64,000 bases of DNA from Patescibacteria group bacterium (GCA_035545675.1 DASZYA010000004.1:6519-70518), one strand, 5' to 3'. Positions 19,158 through 28,796 are shown, counted from the first letter of the stretch. The notes: a model not told the origin generated them from the letters alone. Translations and numbers: made by a program.

Positions 19158-19214
19158 TTAAAGATTAAAGATTAAAGATTAAAGATTAAAGATTAAAGAT
19201 TAAAGATTAAAGAT
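19156..19214. repeat. (GATTAAA)n heptamer tandem repeat, ~8 copies, second locus
   Basis: Same unit as 12903-12973. It starts at the TGA stop of the surface-protein gene. Confidence 0.9.
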
Positions 19215-19246
19215 GCATTCATTATTCGTTAATCATTATTCTTAAT

Positions 19247-19390
19247 TCATCTGATTATCCCAAGTGCGAGGAGGCCGGAGATTATAAGATAAGCGGCAAT
19301 TAGATAATTAAGAGCCCTTGGAAAGGCCAAGATCAGAATTCCAAAAAGAATTGAAACAACAGGGTCTAGATTGTTAAAAGCTATGCTCAT
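19247..19390 (-). CDS. small hydrophobic membrane protein (47 aa from internal Met; ORF open to 19501)
   Basis: MSIAFNNLDPVVSILFGILILAFPRALNYLIAAYLIISGLLALGIIR. Its ATG overlaps the stop of the upstream gene (ctaatg). Confidence 0.35.
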   Translation of the reverse strand: MSIAFNNLDPVVSILFGILILAFPRALNYLIAAYLIISGLLALGIIR

Positions 19391-19824
19391 TAGACATTTT
19401 CCTCCACTTCTTCTGGAGTTACTGGCTTTGCTATTTGGAGAAGTTGTACTATTCCTGCTGCAATTAAGAAGTAAACAAGTCCGGCAATTATTGTAGACCA
19501 TTCAAAAACAGATCCTTGCTCGGTTGATGTTCTAAGTATTCCTTGGAAGGGTAATGCAAGAGGAGCTGAAAGCGTATAGATAAGACTTGTAAACCCGCTA
19601 AACGGATTTGCGCCCATTGCCTTCAGCATCACCCTAAAGAATAAAAGAATTTCAATTACGCAAAGAATGTACCAGACTACTTGATAGGTTCTAAATAAGG
19701 CCTTTTTCTTCTCGTAGACTTTTTGTGGATGTTCGGTTCTAACCACCGGATTAGTCTGAGTAGTTTTAACTACTCTTGTTGGATGTGTGACTTCTCGTGT
19801 TTCTGTCGTAACGTATTCAGCCAT
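19390..19824 (-). CDS. YggT-family-like membrane protein
   Basis: Pattern R.ML...GANPFSGF...IYTLSAPLALPFQGIL with two TM helices resembles the YggT/Ycf19 family. Confidence 0.4.
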   Translation of the reverse strand: MAEYVTTETREVTHPTRVVKTTQTNPVVRTEHPQKVYEKKKALFRTYQVVWYILCVIEILLFFRVMLKAMGANPFSGFTSLIYTLSAPLALPFQGILRTSTEQGSVFEWSTIIAGLVYFLIAAGIVQLLQIAKPVTPEEVEENV

Positions 19825-19895
19825 ATAATTGCTTATAAGTTTAGGCAGGTAGTTGCAGGAAACAATATGAAGAATGTAAGAAAATGTTAAGCAAT

Positions 19896-20414
19896 TTAGC
19901 CTTTAACGACTCTGTAGTGAAGCTGAATAGTATTGAGGTTTATATTCTTGCTTTCTATGAATTCTAGGTCAAATTCAAAGTCGTCTTCTGCAAATAGCTT
20001 TATTCCCTTTCCTAGAACAAGAGGTTCTACATCAAGATAGATTTCATCAATAAGCTTTTCTTTCATAAAACTTGAATTAAGACGTCCGCCTCCAGCGACA
20101 AAAGCTTCTTTGTAGCCTTTTTCTTCTAACATCTTTAGAACATCTTTGGGACTATCATTTGTAAAAACCGCTTGGTGCTCCCAAGTGTTTTCAATTTCTT
20201 TTTGGGTCATAACAACATTTAGTGCATCTGGAAAAGGGAAATAGCCGTAGTCCGAAGCAGACTTAAAAGTGTTTGCTCCCATAACGATGTTGCCTGCTAT
20301 CTTGCTGTGTTGATAGAAGCCCTGAAGATCTTCTTCTGAAGTCCATTCGGAGTCGCCATTCTCTTTTGCAATGTAACCATTGATGGAGATACCCATGTAA
20401 AGAATCACTTTCAT
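19896..20414 (-). CDS. dihydrofolate reductase-family (RibD C-terminal-like) protein
   Basis: MKVILYMGISINGYIA...VMGANTF...AFVAGGGRLNSSF. Confidence 0.6.
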   Translation of the reverse strand: MKVILYMGISINGYIAKENGDSEWTSEEDLQGFYQHSKIAGNIVMGANTFKSASDYGYFPFPDALNVVMTQKEIENTWEHQAVFTNDSPKDVLKMLEEKGYKEAFVAGGGRLNSSFMKEKLIDEIYLDVEPLVLGKGIKLFAEDDFEFDLEFIESKNINLNTIQLHYRVVKG

Positions 20415-20449
20415 GTTTTCGATTATAGCAAAATGTTAAAATATGGACT

Positions 20450-21394
20450 ATGAAATATAAACATTCTGTTCTTGGGGGTACTTTTGATCACTTACATATT
20501 GGTCACAAACACTTTATAAAAGCAGCACTTGAGCACTCAGAAAGCTTAACCATTGGGTTAACAGTGGAAGAGCTTTATAAAAATAAAGCATTTGCCTACT
20601 CTATTCTTTCTTATGAGGCGAGAGAAAAAGAATTAAAAGAATTTCTAAGAGAGGAAGGATTTCTGGATAAGACAAAAATAGTTCCTATAAAAGATTTTTA
20701 TGGAATAACTTTAGATCAAGAAAATATAGATGCAATCTTTGTAACAAGGCATGGGGAAAAGGCCGCAAGGCTAATTAATAAGAAAAGACATGGAAAAGGT
20801 TTCAGAAAGCTAAGTGTAAATCTTGTAAATTTTGCTCGCGGAAATGATGGGAATGTAATTTCCTCTACCAGAATTAGGGCCGGCCTAATTGATAGAAATG
20901 GATTTTCATACAAAAAGTTTTTGAATAAGAATTTCACCCTAAAAGACTCTTTAAGAGAGACGGTTAAATTTATTCCCGAAGGCAAAATCTATGAGGATTA
21001 CAAGGTCGTTTTAAGGGAGAAAGTTATAATTTCTGTTGGAGATGTTGTTTCTTCCGATCTTGTTGAGCTTGGTAGACAAGCAGACCTATCAATAGTAGAT
21101 AAAAAAACAAAAAGAATTAAAAATACGGCCTTTAAAAAGCAGCCTGATAAGATAGTAAGAAATCCAAAAGGAACTTTAAAAAGAAGTGCTAGCGAGGCAA
21201 TTTTTGAGTGTTTAAGGGATGGCAAGAAAGTAATAAAAGTAATTGGTGAAGAAGATTTATTAGCTCTTTCTGCTACTCTTCTTGCGCCTCTTGGATCAAT
21301 TGTGGTTTATGGTATGCCAGACAAGGGACTTGTGGAAGTGGTAGTTACTGAGGAAAAGAAAAAAGAAGTCTTAGCCTTTTTTAAAAGTTGGTAG
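20450..21394 (+). CDS. fusion of a HIGH-motif cytidylyltransferase-like (archaeal PPAT-like) domain and a DUF359-like (GTP-dependent dephospho-CoA kinase-like) domain
   Basis: N-terminus GGTFDHLHIGHKHFIKAA (nucleotidyltransferase H-x-G-H). The C-terminal half ISVGDVVSSDLVELGRQADLSIVDKKTKR resembles DUF359. Confidence 0.5.
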   Translation: MKYKHSVLGGTFDHLHIGHKHFIKAALEHSESLTIGLTVEELYKNKAFAYSILSYEAREKELKEFLREEGFLDKTKIVPIKDFYGITLDQENIDAIFVTRHGEKAARLINKKRHGKGFRKLSVNLVNFARGNDGNVISSTRIRAGLIDRNGFSYKKFLNKNFTLKDSLRETVKFIPEGKIYEDYKVVLREKVIISVGDVVSSDLVELGRQADLSIVDKKTKRIKNTAFKKQPDKIVRNPKGTLKRSASEAIFECLRDGKKVIKVIGEEDLLALSATLLAPLGSIVVYGMPDKGLVEVVVTEEKKKEVLAFFKSW

Positions 21395-21952
21395 TTATTT
21401 CTTTTTGCTAGGTACAAAAAGAAGGGTTGCAATAAAAGTTCCAATTATAGTTACAAGCCAGCCGAACATAATTTTGCCTTCTAGGTTGTGAATATTTGCC
21501 TCAACTTCCTTCATGTTTCTTCCGGCCAATACAAAGCCAGCAGAATTAGATGATGAATAAGGTGTAATTACTGTTGCAATTCTAATGCCCGGCTCTGGCT
21601 GCCAAGTCAGCGTTTCTCCATTGTTTTCCTTTGCGTTGTTGAAAATACCCTTTGGTAAAACAGGATTCTTACCATTTAGTTGGCCTGTTGAAACGATAAC
21701 TTTTCCAGAAGAATCATAAAAAATCATAAACGGGGCTAGATTTGTTGCGATATCAATTTTTTCTGGACCCTGAAAAAGTGACGCGTTGGTAAAAGCATGA
21801 GATGTCATATTCGTAGCATAGTCTCTAGAAATTTGTAACTGTGGATCATTTGCGCCAAGGCGTAGGAGTTGCTGTGTTGTTCCAAGAATTATAAAAGTTA
21901 CTCCGGTTATAGCAACGGCGAGGGGAATGAAAATGCGAATCTTTTGATTCAT
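21395..21952 (-). CDS. hypothetical protein with N- and C-terminal TM helices
   Basis: Hydrophobic termini; no motif. Confidence 0.3.
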   Translation of the reverse strand: MNQKIRIFIPLAVAITGVTFIILGTTQQLLRLGANDPQLQISRDYATNMTSHAFTNASLFQGPEKIDIATNLAPFMIFYDSSGKVIVSTGQLNGKNPVLPKGIFNNAKENNGETLTWQPEPGIRIATVITPYSSSNSAGFVLAGRNMKEVEANIHNLEGKIMFGWLVTIIGTFIATLLFVPSKKK

Positions 21953-21967
21953 AAAAAGATTATATCA

Positions 21968-23179
21968 CTATCTTTTGTTTGCGTTTCCAAGAGCGGCTAC
22001 TGCTGCTCCAATTCTTCCAGCTTCTTCAATATTTACAAAATGGATGGATTTTTGCGTTAATCTTTTTGCCACTTCTTGAGCTATTTCTTTATAGCCTGGC
22101 ACCTTCCAGAACAATGACCCCTCAACAGGTATTTGTAATTGCTCTTCTGTAAACGTTTCTGGAAATGCTTTTGTAATTCCAGCGATCATAACTCCAACTA
22201 GTTGTGCAGATCTGTTTCTAAGTCTTTCTGCTGCTTCAATAAGCATTGGGTTTCCTTGGGTAGTTATTAAAAGATTTGTGATTGTTTCACTGTCTAGGTT
22301 CGAGGGTATATGGGGTATTCCTTCTCTTGAAAGTTCTTGTGCAACTATTTCCATTTGTTGGCCTAGCCAAAGCCCTGAAATCTGTTTTTCGGCTAAATAT
22401 TTTCCCGTCATACCACTTCTGCCACTTTGTCTGTCAACAATTTTTGCTAACTCGTTTAATGGAAAGCCAGAAAAACTTCCCGATTCTGTATTTATTACGC
22501 CATTTGGAGTATCTGCTGCAAGATTGAATCCTGTCCCCACTACTCCCCCAAGTTTTGCCCCATCGGAAAAAACCACTGCAACCGTATCATTCATTACAGA
22601 GGTTGGGGTGTTTGCATCTATTCCATAGTTTTGGGAAAGACTTTCTCTAAGCGCCTGGCCGACGGGTAATTTACTTATACCCGGAATTACAAATTCTTTT
22701 GTGAGTTGTTCCGGGGAAACAATATCTACTCCACCATCTGTTTTAACTGCTTGACCCGGGAATGAATAAACAATTCCAATAGCATCAATGTTTCCTTGAT
22801 CTAGCATTGGCGCAACACCGTTTGCTATGTGGGCAAAAAATTCATCAGCGCTTCTAAATTCTCTTCCTGGTAAAGCTGCTCTTTGAGAATCTTGTATTGA
22901 TGGTTTGCTATTTTCTATGGCAACGCGTGCTCCATACAAATTTGTTCCTCCAATCTCAACTATTAAAGCCTGACTACCTTCTCTTAAATCAGAAAGAGAT
23001 ACTGAGGATAATAAGGATGGATACATAGGAAGTCCTTTTTCACCATGCGTATCTAAGCCATCTTTTAGAGCAGTAATATAATCATCAACCGCTTGTCTTT
23101 CTTCCTGTTCATTAAGTGGGCGCAGATTCGTTCTTTCAAAGAATTCAACATCGTTTAGTTTTTCGCGCATATTGTGCAT
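21968..23179 (-). CDS. hexokinase-family sugar kinase
   Basis: LIVEIGGTNLYGARV (phosphate-1) and GVVGTGFNLAADTP (hexokinase GTG.N motif), 403 aa. Confidence 0.5.
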   Translation of the reverse strand: MHNMREKLNDVEFFERTNLRPLNEQEERQAVDDYITALKDGLDTHGEKGLPMYPSLLSSVSLSDLREGSQALIVEIGGTNLYGARVAIENSKPSIQDSQRAALPGREFRSADEFFAHIANGVAPMLDQGNIDAIGIVYSFPGQAVKTDGGVDIVSPEQLTKEFVIPGISKLPVGQALRESLSQNYGIDANTPTSVMNDTVAVVFSDGAKLGGVVGTGFNLAADTPNGVINTESGSFSGFPLNELAKIVDRQSGRSGMTGKYLAEKQISGLWLGQQMEIVAQELSREGIPHIPSNLDSETITNLLITTQGNPMLIEAAERLRNRSAQLVGVMIAGITKAFPETFTEEQLQIPVEGSLFWKVPGYKEIAQEVAKRLTQKSIHFVNIEEAGRIGAAVAALGNANKR

Positions 23180-23214
23180 ATTCTATACTAATTTAGCCAC
23201 AAATCAAGCTAAAG

Positions 23215-23688
23215 TCATTTTATAAGTTTATTTTTATACCTTTTTACAAAGTCGTCCATTTGGGAATGTGTGGGGGTTGGGAGATTTTCTAGTGTAAACC
23301 AGCCAAGTTCATCGTGTTTTTCCGGAATCATATTTTTAATTTTATCTCTATCTACCAAAACCTTGTAGTCTAGGGCTATCCAATGAGTCTTTGCACCTGA
23401 CTCATCAGTTCTATGAACATCTCTTATTCCCAAGAATTCGTGATCAAGAACATCGCCATTGTATTCTTCTTTTATTTCTCGCGCGAGTGCTTCAAGAACT
23501 GGCTCGCCCACTTCTACGCCGCCTCCTCCGGGATCCCAGGTGCCAATTTCATCTCGTGATTTTTTACTTCTTTTTGAAAGGATAAAATTGCCTTTTCCGT
23601 CATGGCAATAAAAGACTACGGCTACTCCAATGTGGTCAATTCCTGCTCTCACAAATTGATTATAAGTCTTGTGGGGATATATATCCAA
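23215..23688 (-). CDS. NUDIX hydrolase
   Basis: Nudix box GGGVEVGEPVLEALAREIKEEYNG. Confidence 0.75.
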   Translation of the reverse strand: MDIYPHKTYNQFVRAGIDHIGVAVVFYCHDGKGNFILSKRSKKSRDEIGTWDPGGGGVEVGEPVLEALAREIKEEYNGDVLDHEFLGIRDVHRTDESGAKTHWIALDYKVLVDRDKIKNMIPEKHDELGWFTLENLPTPTHSQMDDFVKRYKNKLIK

Positions 23689-23772
23689 GCGCTTTACTAA
23701 TCTTCATATAGTTATCTACAAAATATTTACCGAAGGCAGGGTCCTCCTCTTTTGCTCCAACTGTTCTTGCGG

Positions 23773-24030
23773 TCATAACCCAATAGTATGGTTTTCCAAG
23801 CCAAACCTTAGAACATGAATTAAGCTTGTTACTTGATTTTTTCTTTCTCCAAATTCATTAAGGGCCTCAATATTTGTTACAGTATCTTCTCTTCCTGGGA
23901 GTCTGCTTGGGACCTGGGGAGAAGATTCGTCTATAAACCATCGATTATTTGTATCGGTTACGTGTCTTGCGCTAATGACTTGATCTATTTCTAATGACAT
24001 AGGTTGGTATTCTAGCAGGAAATGGGCCAA
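23773..24030 (-). CDS. hypothetical ORF, possibly degenerate
   Basis: ORF only. A short out-of-frame ORF (MTARTVGAKEEDPAFGKYF...) lies between it and the Nudix gene. Confidence 0.2.
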   Translation of the reverse strand: MAHFLLEYQPMSLEIDQVISARHVTDTNNRWFIDESSPQVPSRLPGREDTVTNIEALNEFGERKNQVTSLIHVLRFGLENHTIGL

Positions 24031-24045
24031 TTTAAAACTATAAGA

Positions 24046-24486
24046 CTACTTTACTAATCTTAGAAGAAAAATGAATACTAGGGGGCCAAGAGTGATGGAT
24101 GCAACATCAAATATTGGCTTTATAAGTTGTCTCTCGCCTACTTTTATACCCTTCTTTCTATCCATTTGAGAGGTAAGAATGATCAAAGATATTGGGGCAG
24201 CAAGAGCTGCAATAATAAGATCTGTTTTCAAAATTAGCCAAGTTCCAACTAGGGATAGTGAGGCTAGGAGTCTATCTCTTTTAAATACTTCTGTTGTATG
24301 AAAGGTAGCCTCAATTTTTCTAATATCTTCCCATATTTCATTTGTTAGGCCAGTAAAAAACGCCCCCAGTACACCAAATCCAAGGCTAATGTGGAAGTGG
24401 CTTTGGAGAAAATAAAATAGAGAACCAGACACAAACATGTGAAATATTGATCTTAAGGACAGATTAAGATAATTATGTTTTGGCAT
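24046..24486 (-). CDS. hypothetical 4-TM membrane protein
   Basis: Hydrophobicity pattern. Confidence 0.35.
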   Translation of the reverse strand: MPKHNYLNLSLRSIFHMFVSGSLFYFLQSHFHISLGFGVLGAFFTGLTNEIWEDIRKIEATFHTTEVFKRDRLLASLSLVGTWLILKTDLIIAALAAPISLIILTSQMDRKKGIKVGERQLIKPIFDVASITLGPLVFIFLLRLVK

Positions 24487-24506
24487 GGGCTGTTATTATA
24501 CCAGAG

Positions 24507-24737
24507 TTAGAGCTGATAGTCGCCTCTGGGGTCATCTTCGGTTTCAGTGAGAGCGTAATACATCTGGTTTATCTCGATTGCCGGATCTTCATCAAATTGG
24601 TATTCTTTGCGATCTTCATCGTACTCCACGAGATGCGTTTTTATACCCTCATAGAGAATTCTTGCAGCCGTTTCTTTGTGATCTTGATAGGTATAAAAGA
24701 CCTTAGAACAATATGAGCAAGAATATGAGTAGTACAT
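24507..24737 (-). CDS. small acidic Cys/His protein (C-x2-C...H...H, possible zinc-binding)
   Basis: YSCSYCSKVFYTYQDHKETAARILYEGIKTH followed by an acidic tail. Confidence 0.3.
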   Translation of the reverse strand: MYYSYSCSYCSKVFYTYQDHKETAARILYEGIKTHLVEYDEDRKEYQFDEDPAIEINQMYYALTETEDDPRGDYQL

Positions 24738-24749
24738 AACAGTATTATA

Positions 24750-25007
24750 CTAAAATGACCTAACCTTCCTTTTTGCGTCTCTTTTAAAGGCCGATGCGAG
24801 TAATTGTGTTGCTTCTTCCTTTTTTAAAACTCCTTCTTTGATTAATTGACCAATTATTTTATATCTGACCAGGTCTGCTTCGGCTCTCAGATTTTCTCTG
24901 TGTTCGATTTCTCTAGGAGATCTTGGTCGGGGGTCTTGGTATTTTCTGGGTTCACCATGGCATTCTTTTTTCATTTTATTTAAATTCATGAAGATTATTT
25001 TCATCAA
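24750..25007 (-). CDS. small basic hypothetical protein
   Basis: ORF in an operon-like array downstream of the deacetylase; the true start is uncertain, as the N-terminus overlaps 24976..25941. Confidence 0.25.
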   Translation of the reverse strand: MMKIIFMNLNKMKKECHGEPRKYQDPRPRSPREIEHRENLRAEADLVRYKIIGQLIKEGVLKKEEATQLLASAFKRDAKRKVRSF

Positions 25008-25941
25008 TATAATTTAGTAATTCATTTCCGGTTCTATATCCTGGTCTAATTCTAAATAAGAAATAAAGATTGGCAGGATTCTGTTCATTTCCAAGAACCG
25101 TAGAAACAGCGCTTGTAAAGCCAGCGTCTTTTACTACCTTTATAGCCTGCTCATCAAATCCTCCGCTTGGGTATGCAAACGATACAACTTTTATTCCATA
25201 GTTTTTCTCAAGCATGGTTTTGCTTTCATTGACCTCATATTTAACAATTGGTAGAAAGGCGCCTTTTAGATAAACGTGATGAACAGTGTGGGCTCCAATT
25301 TCTACAATCTTACTGTTAATTACATCTTTAAGTTGCGCGTCTGTTAAGAAGTCTGAACCACCAATAAATCCCGGAATTATATAGGCAGTAGCCCGAGCAT
25401 TGTATTTTTTAAGAATTGGAAGAATTACGGTATCAAGATCCCAATGACCATCATCAATTGTTATTACAACAGGCTTTGGAGGTAACACTTTTTTATTCTT
25501 GAGCATGTCATTAAGCTGGCCTGCTGTCAAAAAGTGGTAACCGGCATCGTGCAGGGTTTTAATTTGGGAATCAAATACGTCCGGATTAATATTTAGGGAT
25601 ACTCTTGTTTTATCTTTCTTATCTTGTACGTATTCAACATAATGATACATGAGGATTGGAATCTTAAGGCTAGCCGAGGCCGTTGCGTCTTTTGCAAATT
25701 TTTCCTTGATATCTTTTGGTAGTTTTTTAACATCATTTCTTGGCGTTTCTACTACGGCATGAGTTTGAAAGCTTAAGAATTGATAAATAAATATCCCAAA
25801 GGCTAAAAATAAAAGAAATCTAAGCACACCCACGTGAGTTGCGTGATGACGTGATTTTGTGGTGACCCTTTTTTTGCTAGTTTTTTTGGGTTTTGGCAAA
25901 ACTTTTTTTTCCTTTGTTTTCTTTCTAGTTTTTATAGCCAT
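24976..25941 (-). CDS. polysaccharide deacetylase (NodB-domain) with N-terminal membrane anchor
   Basis: VVITIDDGHWD (TxDDG-type motif 1), a basic N-terminus plus a TM helix. Confidence 0.7.
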   Translation of the reverse strand: MAIKTRKKTKEKKVLPKPKKTSKKRVTTKSRHHATHVGVLRFLLFLAFGIFIYQFLSFQTHAVVETPRNDVKKLPKDIKEKFAKDATASASLKIPILMYHYVEYVQDKKDKTRVSLNINPDVFDSQIKTLHDAGYHFLTAGQLNDMLKNKKVLPPKPVVITIDDGHWDLDTVILPILKKYNARATAYIIPGFIGGSDFLTDAQLKDVINSKIVEIGAHTVHHVYLKGAFLPIVKYEVNESKTMLEKNYGIKVVSFAYPSGGFDEQAIKVVKDAGFTSAVSTVLGNEQNPANLYFLFRIRPGYRTGNELLNYIDENNLHEFK

Positions 25942-25999
25942 AAAATAAGTCTTGCTATATTACCACATGAATTGATCTTGAAAAAGGCTTTCATAATGG

Positions 26000-26398
26000 G
26001 TGTATAATATATTCATGAATGGATTTGTAGGAAATATTGAAAAAGAAACCCTTGAGAACCAAGATTTTAGAAGAGTTCTTTTTACAGGTCAGCATGCTCA
26101 AGTAGTTCTTATGAGTCTTAAGCCAAATGAAGATATTGGTATGGAGGTTCACGAGATTGTCGATCAATTTATAAGAATTGAGAAGGGAAATGGAAAAGTG
26201 ATAATGAATGGAGAAGAACACAAATTAAGTGATGGAGATGCTTTTGTTGTTCCAGCAGGAACTGAGCACAACGTAATCAATGAGTCAGCTGATGCTGAAA
26301 TGAAACTATACACAGTTTATTCTCCACCCCACCACAAGGATGGAACAGTTCACCAAACAAAAGAAGACGCAGAAAAAGATACCGCAGACCACCTATAA
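26000..26398 (+). CDS. cupin-domain protein
   Basis: G(x)5HxH-like MEVHEIVDQFIRIEKGNG...PAGTEHNVIN. Confidence 0.6.
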   Translation: MYNIFMNGFVGNIEKETLENQDFRRVLFTGQHAQVVLMSLKPNEDIGMEVHEIVDQFIRIEKGNGKVIMNGEEHKLSDGDAFVVPAGTEHNVINESADAEMKLYTVYSPPHHKDGTVHQTKEDAEKDTADHL

Positions 26399-26399
26399 A

Positions 26400-26951
26400 T
26401 TATTTAGGTTGGTAATAGAGAAGAATATTTCCGTTTCCAAAAGTCCTTGAGTTAACTAGCTTTAAATCTGTTTTCTTAACTCCTTTAAACAACAACTTCC
26501 CTTCACCTAAAACTACCGGGCTAACCATGAGTCTGTATTCATCAATTAGGTCTAGATTTGCAAATTGTTGGACTATTTGCCCGCTTCCAAAAATAGCCAT
26601 GTCTTTACCCTCTTCTTCTTTAAGTTTTTTAATTGCAGCAGTATCTATTTCATCTATTACAACAGTATTTTGCCAGGTAGCATTTTTAATAGATTTTGAA
26701 AAAACAATTTTTGGAGTTTCGTTCATGAGCTTTGCAACGGTTGGATCATCTTTCAAGGCTCCCTCTGTTGGCCAATAGCTTTTCATTAGGTCATAAGTAG
26801 TTCGGCCAAACATAAGAGTCCCAAATTCACTGGTCTGTTTAATTGCAAATTCATTAAACTCTTCGTCAACTGTATGCCAGTCAATATTGCCGTCAGGCCC
26901 GGCAAAATATCCATCAACCGTCACCATATTAAAAACAATTATCCTTCTCAT
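26400..26951 (-). CDS. dihydrofolate reductase-family (RibD C-terminal-like) protein, second paralog
   Basis: MRRIIVFNMVTVDGYFAGPDG...LMFGRTTYD...AIFGSGQIVQQF. Confidence 0.65.
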   Translation of the reverse strand: MRRIIVFNMVTVDGYFAGPDGNIDWHTVDEEFNEFAIKQTSEFGTLMFGRTTYDLMKSYWPTEGALKDDPTVAKLMNETPKIVFSKSIKNATWQNTVVIDEIDTAAIKKLKEEEGKDMAIFGSGQIVQQFANLDLIDEYRLMVSPVVLGEGKLLFKGVKKTDLKLVNSRTFGNGNILLYYQPK

Positions 26952-27226
26952 TAGTTTTGTTTTCCAAATCTTTTCAATGCGCGTAAATGTGCTTTTTCTG
27001 CTTCTTTTTCTCTGTTGTGGGGATGGGAATGTGCAGTGAGCGAACCTAATAAATGTTCTGTTGTGTGAGCTATATCTTCAACTGCAGCATTGAATGCCTC
27101 TTCATTATCAGTAGAAGGCTTGTTAAATCCTGAGACTTTTCTGACGTATTGAAGAGCTGCTGCATGAACTTCTTCATGTGTTGCTGTGGGTTCAAAATTG
27201 AAAAGATGTTTTATGTTGTGACACAT
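26951..27226 (-). CDS. hypothetical His-rich small protein
   Basis: ORF with ATGA overlap to the upstream gene. Confidence 0.3.
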   Translation of the reverse strand: MCHNIKHLFNFEPTATHEEVHAAALQYVRKVSGFNKPSTDNEEAFNAAVEDIAHTTEHLLGSLTAHSHPHNREKEAEKAHLRALKRFGKQN

Positions 27227-27310
27227 ATAAATAGCTTATAGCTGATAGGTTTTAGCTCGTAGGGAGATTTTAAGCCTTTGATAAATATGTTTCAAGGGTA
27301 TTTTTGTTAA

Positions 27311-27706
27311 TTAATTTTTGAGTTCTTCCTCTTCTTCAGCGTTCCAGGGGGTAATTAGCTGAAAGTAATTTCCATCAGGGTCAGCAAAGGTGGCAATCCA
27401 GAAATTTCCATCCTCTCCCATTGCGTAAGGTTCTTTTACTACCTCTACTCCTTCTATTTCTTTGATTCTTTCAAATTCACCCTTAACGTCTTTTGTTTCA
27501 AAATTAAAGAGTACGCGGTCAGGGTCTTTTGCTTTTCCATGAATCTTGTCATGAAATCCAATGCTTAAGAAGCAGCTCCCTACTAAAAATCCTTTGTAGT
27601 TCTCGTCTTCCATATCTGGCTTCTTTTCAAAAACCTTTTCGTAGAAATCAGCAAGTTTTTTAACGTCCTCTGTTGATAATAATATTGAATTAAAATTTAA
27701 TTTCAT
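27311..27706 (-). CDS. VOC (glyoxalase/bleomycin-resistance/dioxygenase) family protein
   Basis: Size and a beta-alpha-beta(3) module pattern (LLSTEDVKKLADFYEKVF). Confidence 0.55.
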   Translation of the reverse strand: MKLNFNSILLSTEDVKKLADFYEKVFEKKPDMEDENYKGFLVGSCFLSIGFHDKIHGKAKDPDRVLFNFETKDVKGEFERIKEIEGVEVVKEPYAMGEDGNFWIATFADPDGNYFQLITPWNAEEEEELKN

Positions 27707-27773
27707 TTCATTTATATCCCCCGGTTAGATAGCTTCTCTGAAGCATCGAACGGGGCCACGTTGAATGTGTAAG

Positions 27774-28295
27774 CTATTCAACTGTGGCTGCTTTTTTAAT
27801 AGCTTCTAAGTCTAATTTTTTCATTGGCATAAATACTTTTGTTACTGCCTCTGCTCTTGTTGGATCTTTCATGAGCTCATCTAGGATTCTTGGTGTTATT
27901 TGCCATGTGATACCAAAGCGATCTGTACACCATCCACATTGTTCTGCTTCTGGAACTGCTGACAGTTTCTCCCAGAAGTGATCAATTTCTTCTTGAGTTT
28001 CGCATTCAACTATAAAAGATACTGATCCATTAAGTTTAAATTGTTCTAGTGGCCCACCATTTAGTGCCATGAATTTTGATCCATCAAGGGTGTATTCGAG
28101 AGTCATAACTGTTCCCTCTTTGATTTTGGAAATTTCTTCTCCTTCTTTTGTGGCTTTTGTAATGTCTCCGAGTTCTCCGTGGTGAACCCCGCCTGGAGCA
28201 GAATTAAAAGTATCTACGTAGTATTTTGCGGCTTCCTCTCCGTCGCTATTTACAAACCAAATACAAGTAGTCATTCTTCTTACATTATAGCGCAA
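27774..28295 (-). CDS. VOC-family PhnB-like protein
   Basis: C-terminal CGWCTDRFGITWQI hallmark of the PhnB-like/3-demethylubiquinone methyltransferase-like family. Confidence 0.6.
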   Translation of the reverse strand: MRYNVRRMTTCIWFVNSDGEEAAKYYVDTFNSAPGGVHHGELGDITKATKEGEEISKIKEGTVMTLEYTLDGSKFMALNGGPLEQFKLNGSVSFIVECETQEEIDHFWEKLSAVPEAEQCGWCTDRFGITWQITPRILDELMKDPTRAEAVTKVFMPMKKLDLEAIKKAATVE

Positions 28296-28385
28296 GTTTT
28301 GTTAGAAAGAAGTATGAATTTATCAGAGCTTAGGTGTGATTTAGATCATTTATGTCTTTTCAAGCAATTATTAGAATGAAAGCAT

Positions 28386-28796
28386 ATGATACCGGAGAAA
28401 ATACAAAGAATAATTCTTCTAATAGTTCTTGCCTATGAAGGCTTAGGTGGGCTTTTGGGAGGAATACTTTTGGTTTTAGGGCCAGATGGACATTATATGG
28501 ATATGAATATTGAAATTATGCATGGAGCCTTTCCTGACTTTTTAATCCCAGGAGTAATTCTCACTTGTATGGGAGCGCTTACAACAACAGCATTCTTCGC
28601 AGTTCTTAGAAGAAGCAGATATGATTGGCTTCTTGCCGGGTTTTCAATGGGTGGATATATTATTTGGTTTGCAACAGAAATCACGATACTAAGAGAACTT
28701 CATTGGCTTCATATTATGTGGGGAGTCCCGGTTTTAATAGGTGCCTCAATGGTTATTCCAATGCTCCCTTGGTTTAGGAGAAATCTAAGCTCTTAA
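28386..28796 (+). CDS. hypothetical 4-TM membrane protein
   Basis: Hydrophobicity. Confidence 0.35.
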   Translation: MIPEKIQRIILLIVLAYEGLGGLLGGILLVLGPDGHYMDMNIEIMHGAFPDFLIPGVILTCMGALTTTAFFAVLRRSRYDWLLAGFSMGGYIIWFATEITILRELHWLHIMWGVPVLIGASMVIPMLPWFRRNLSS

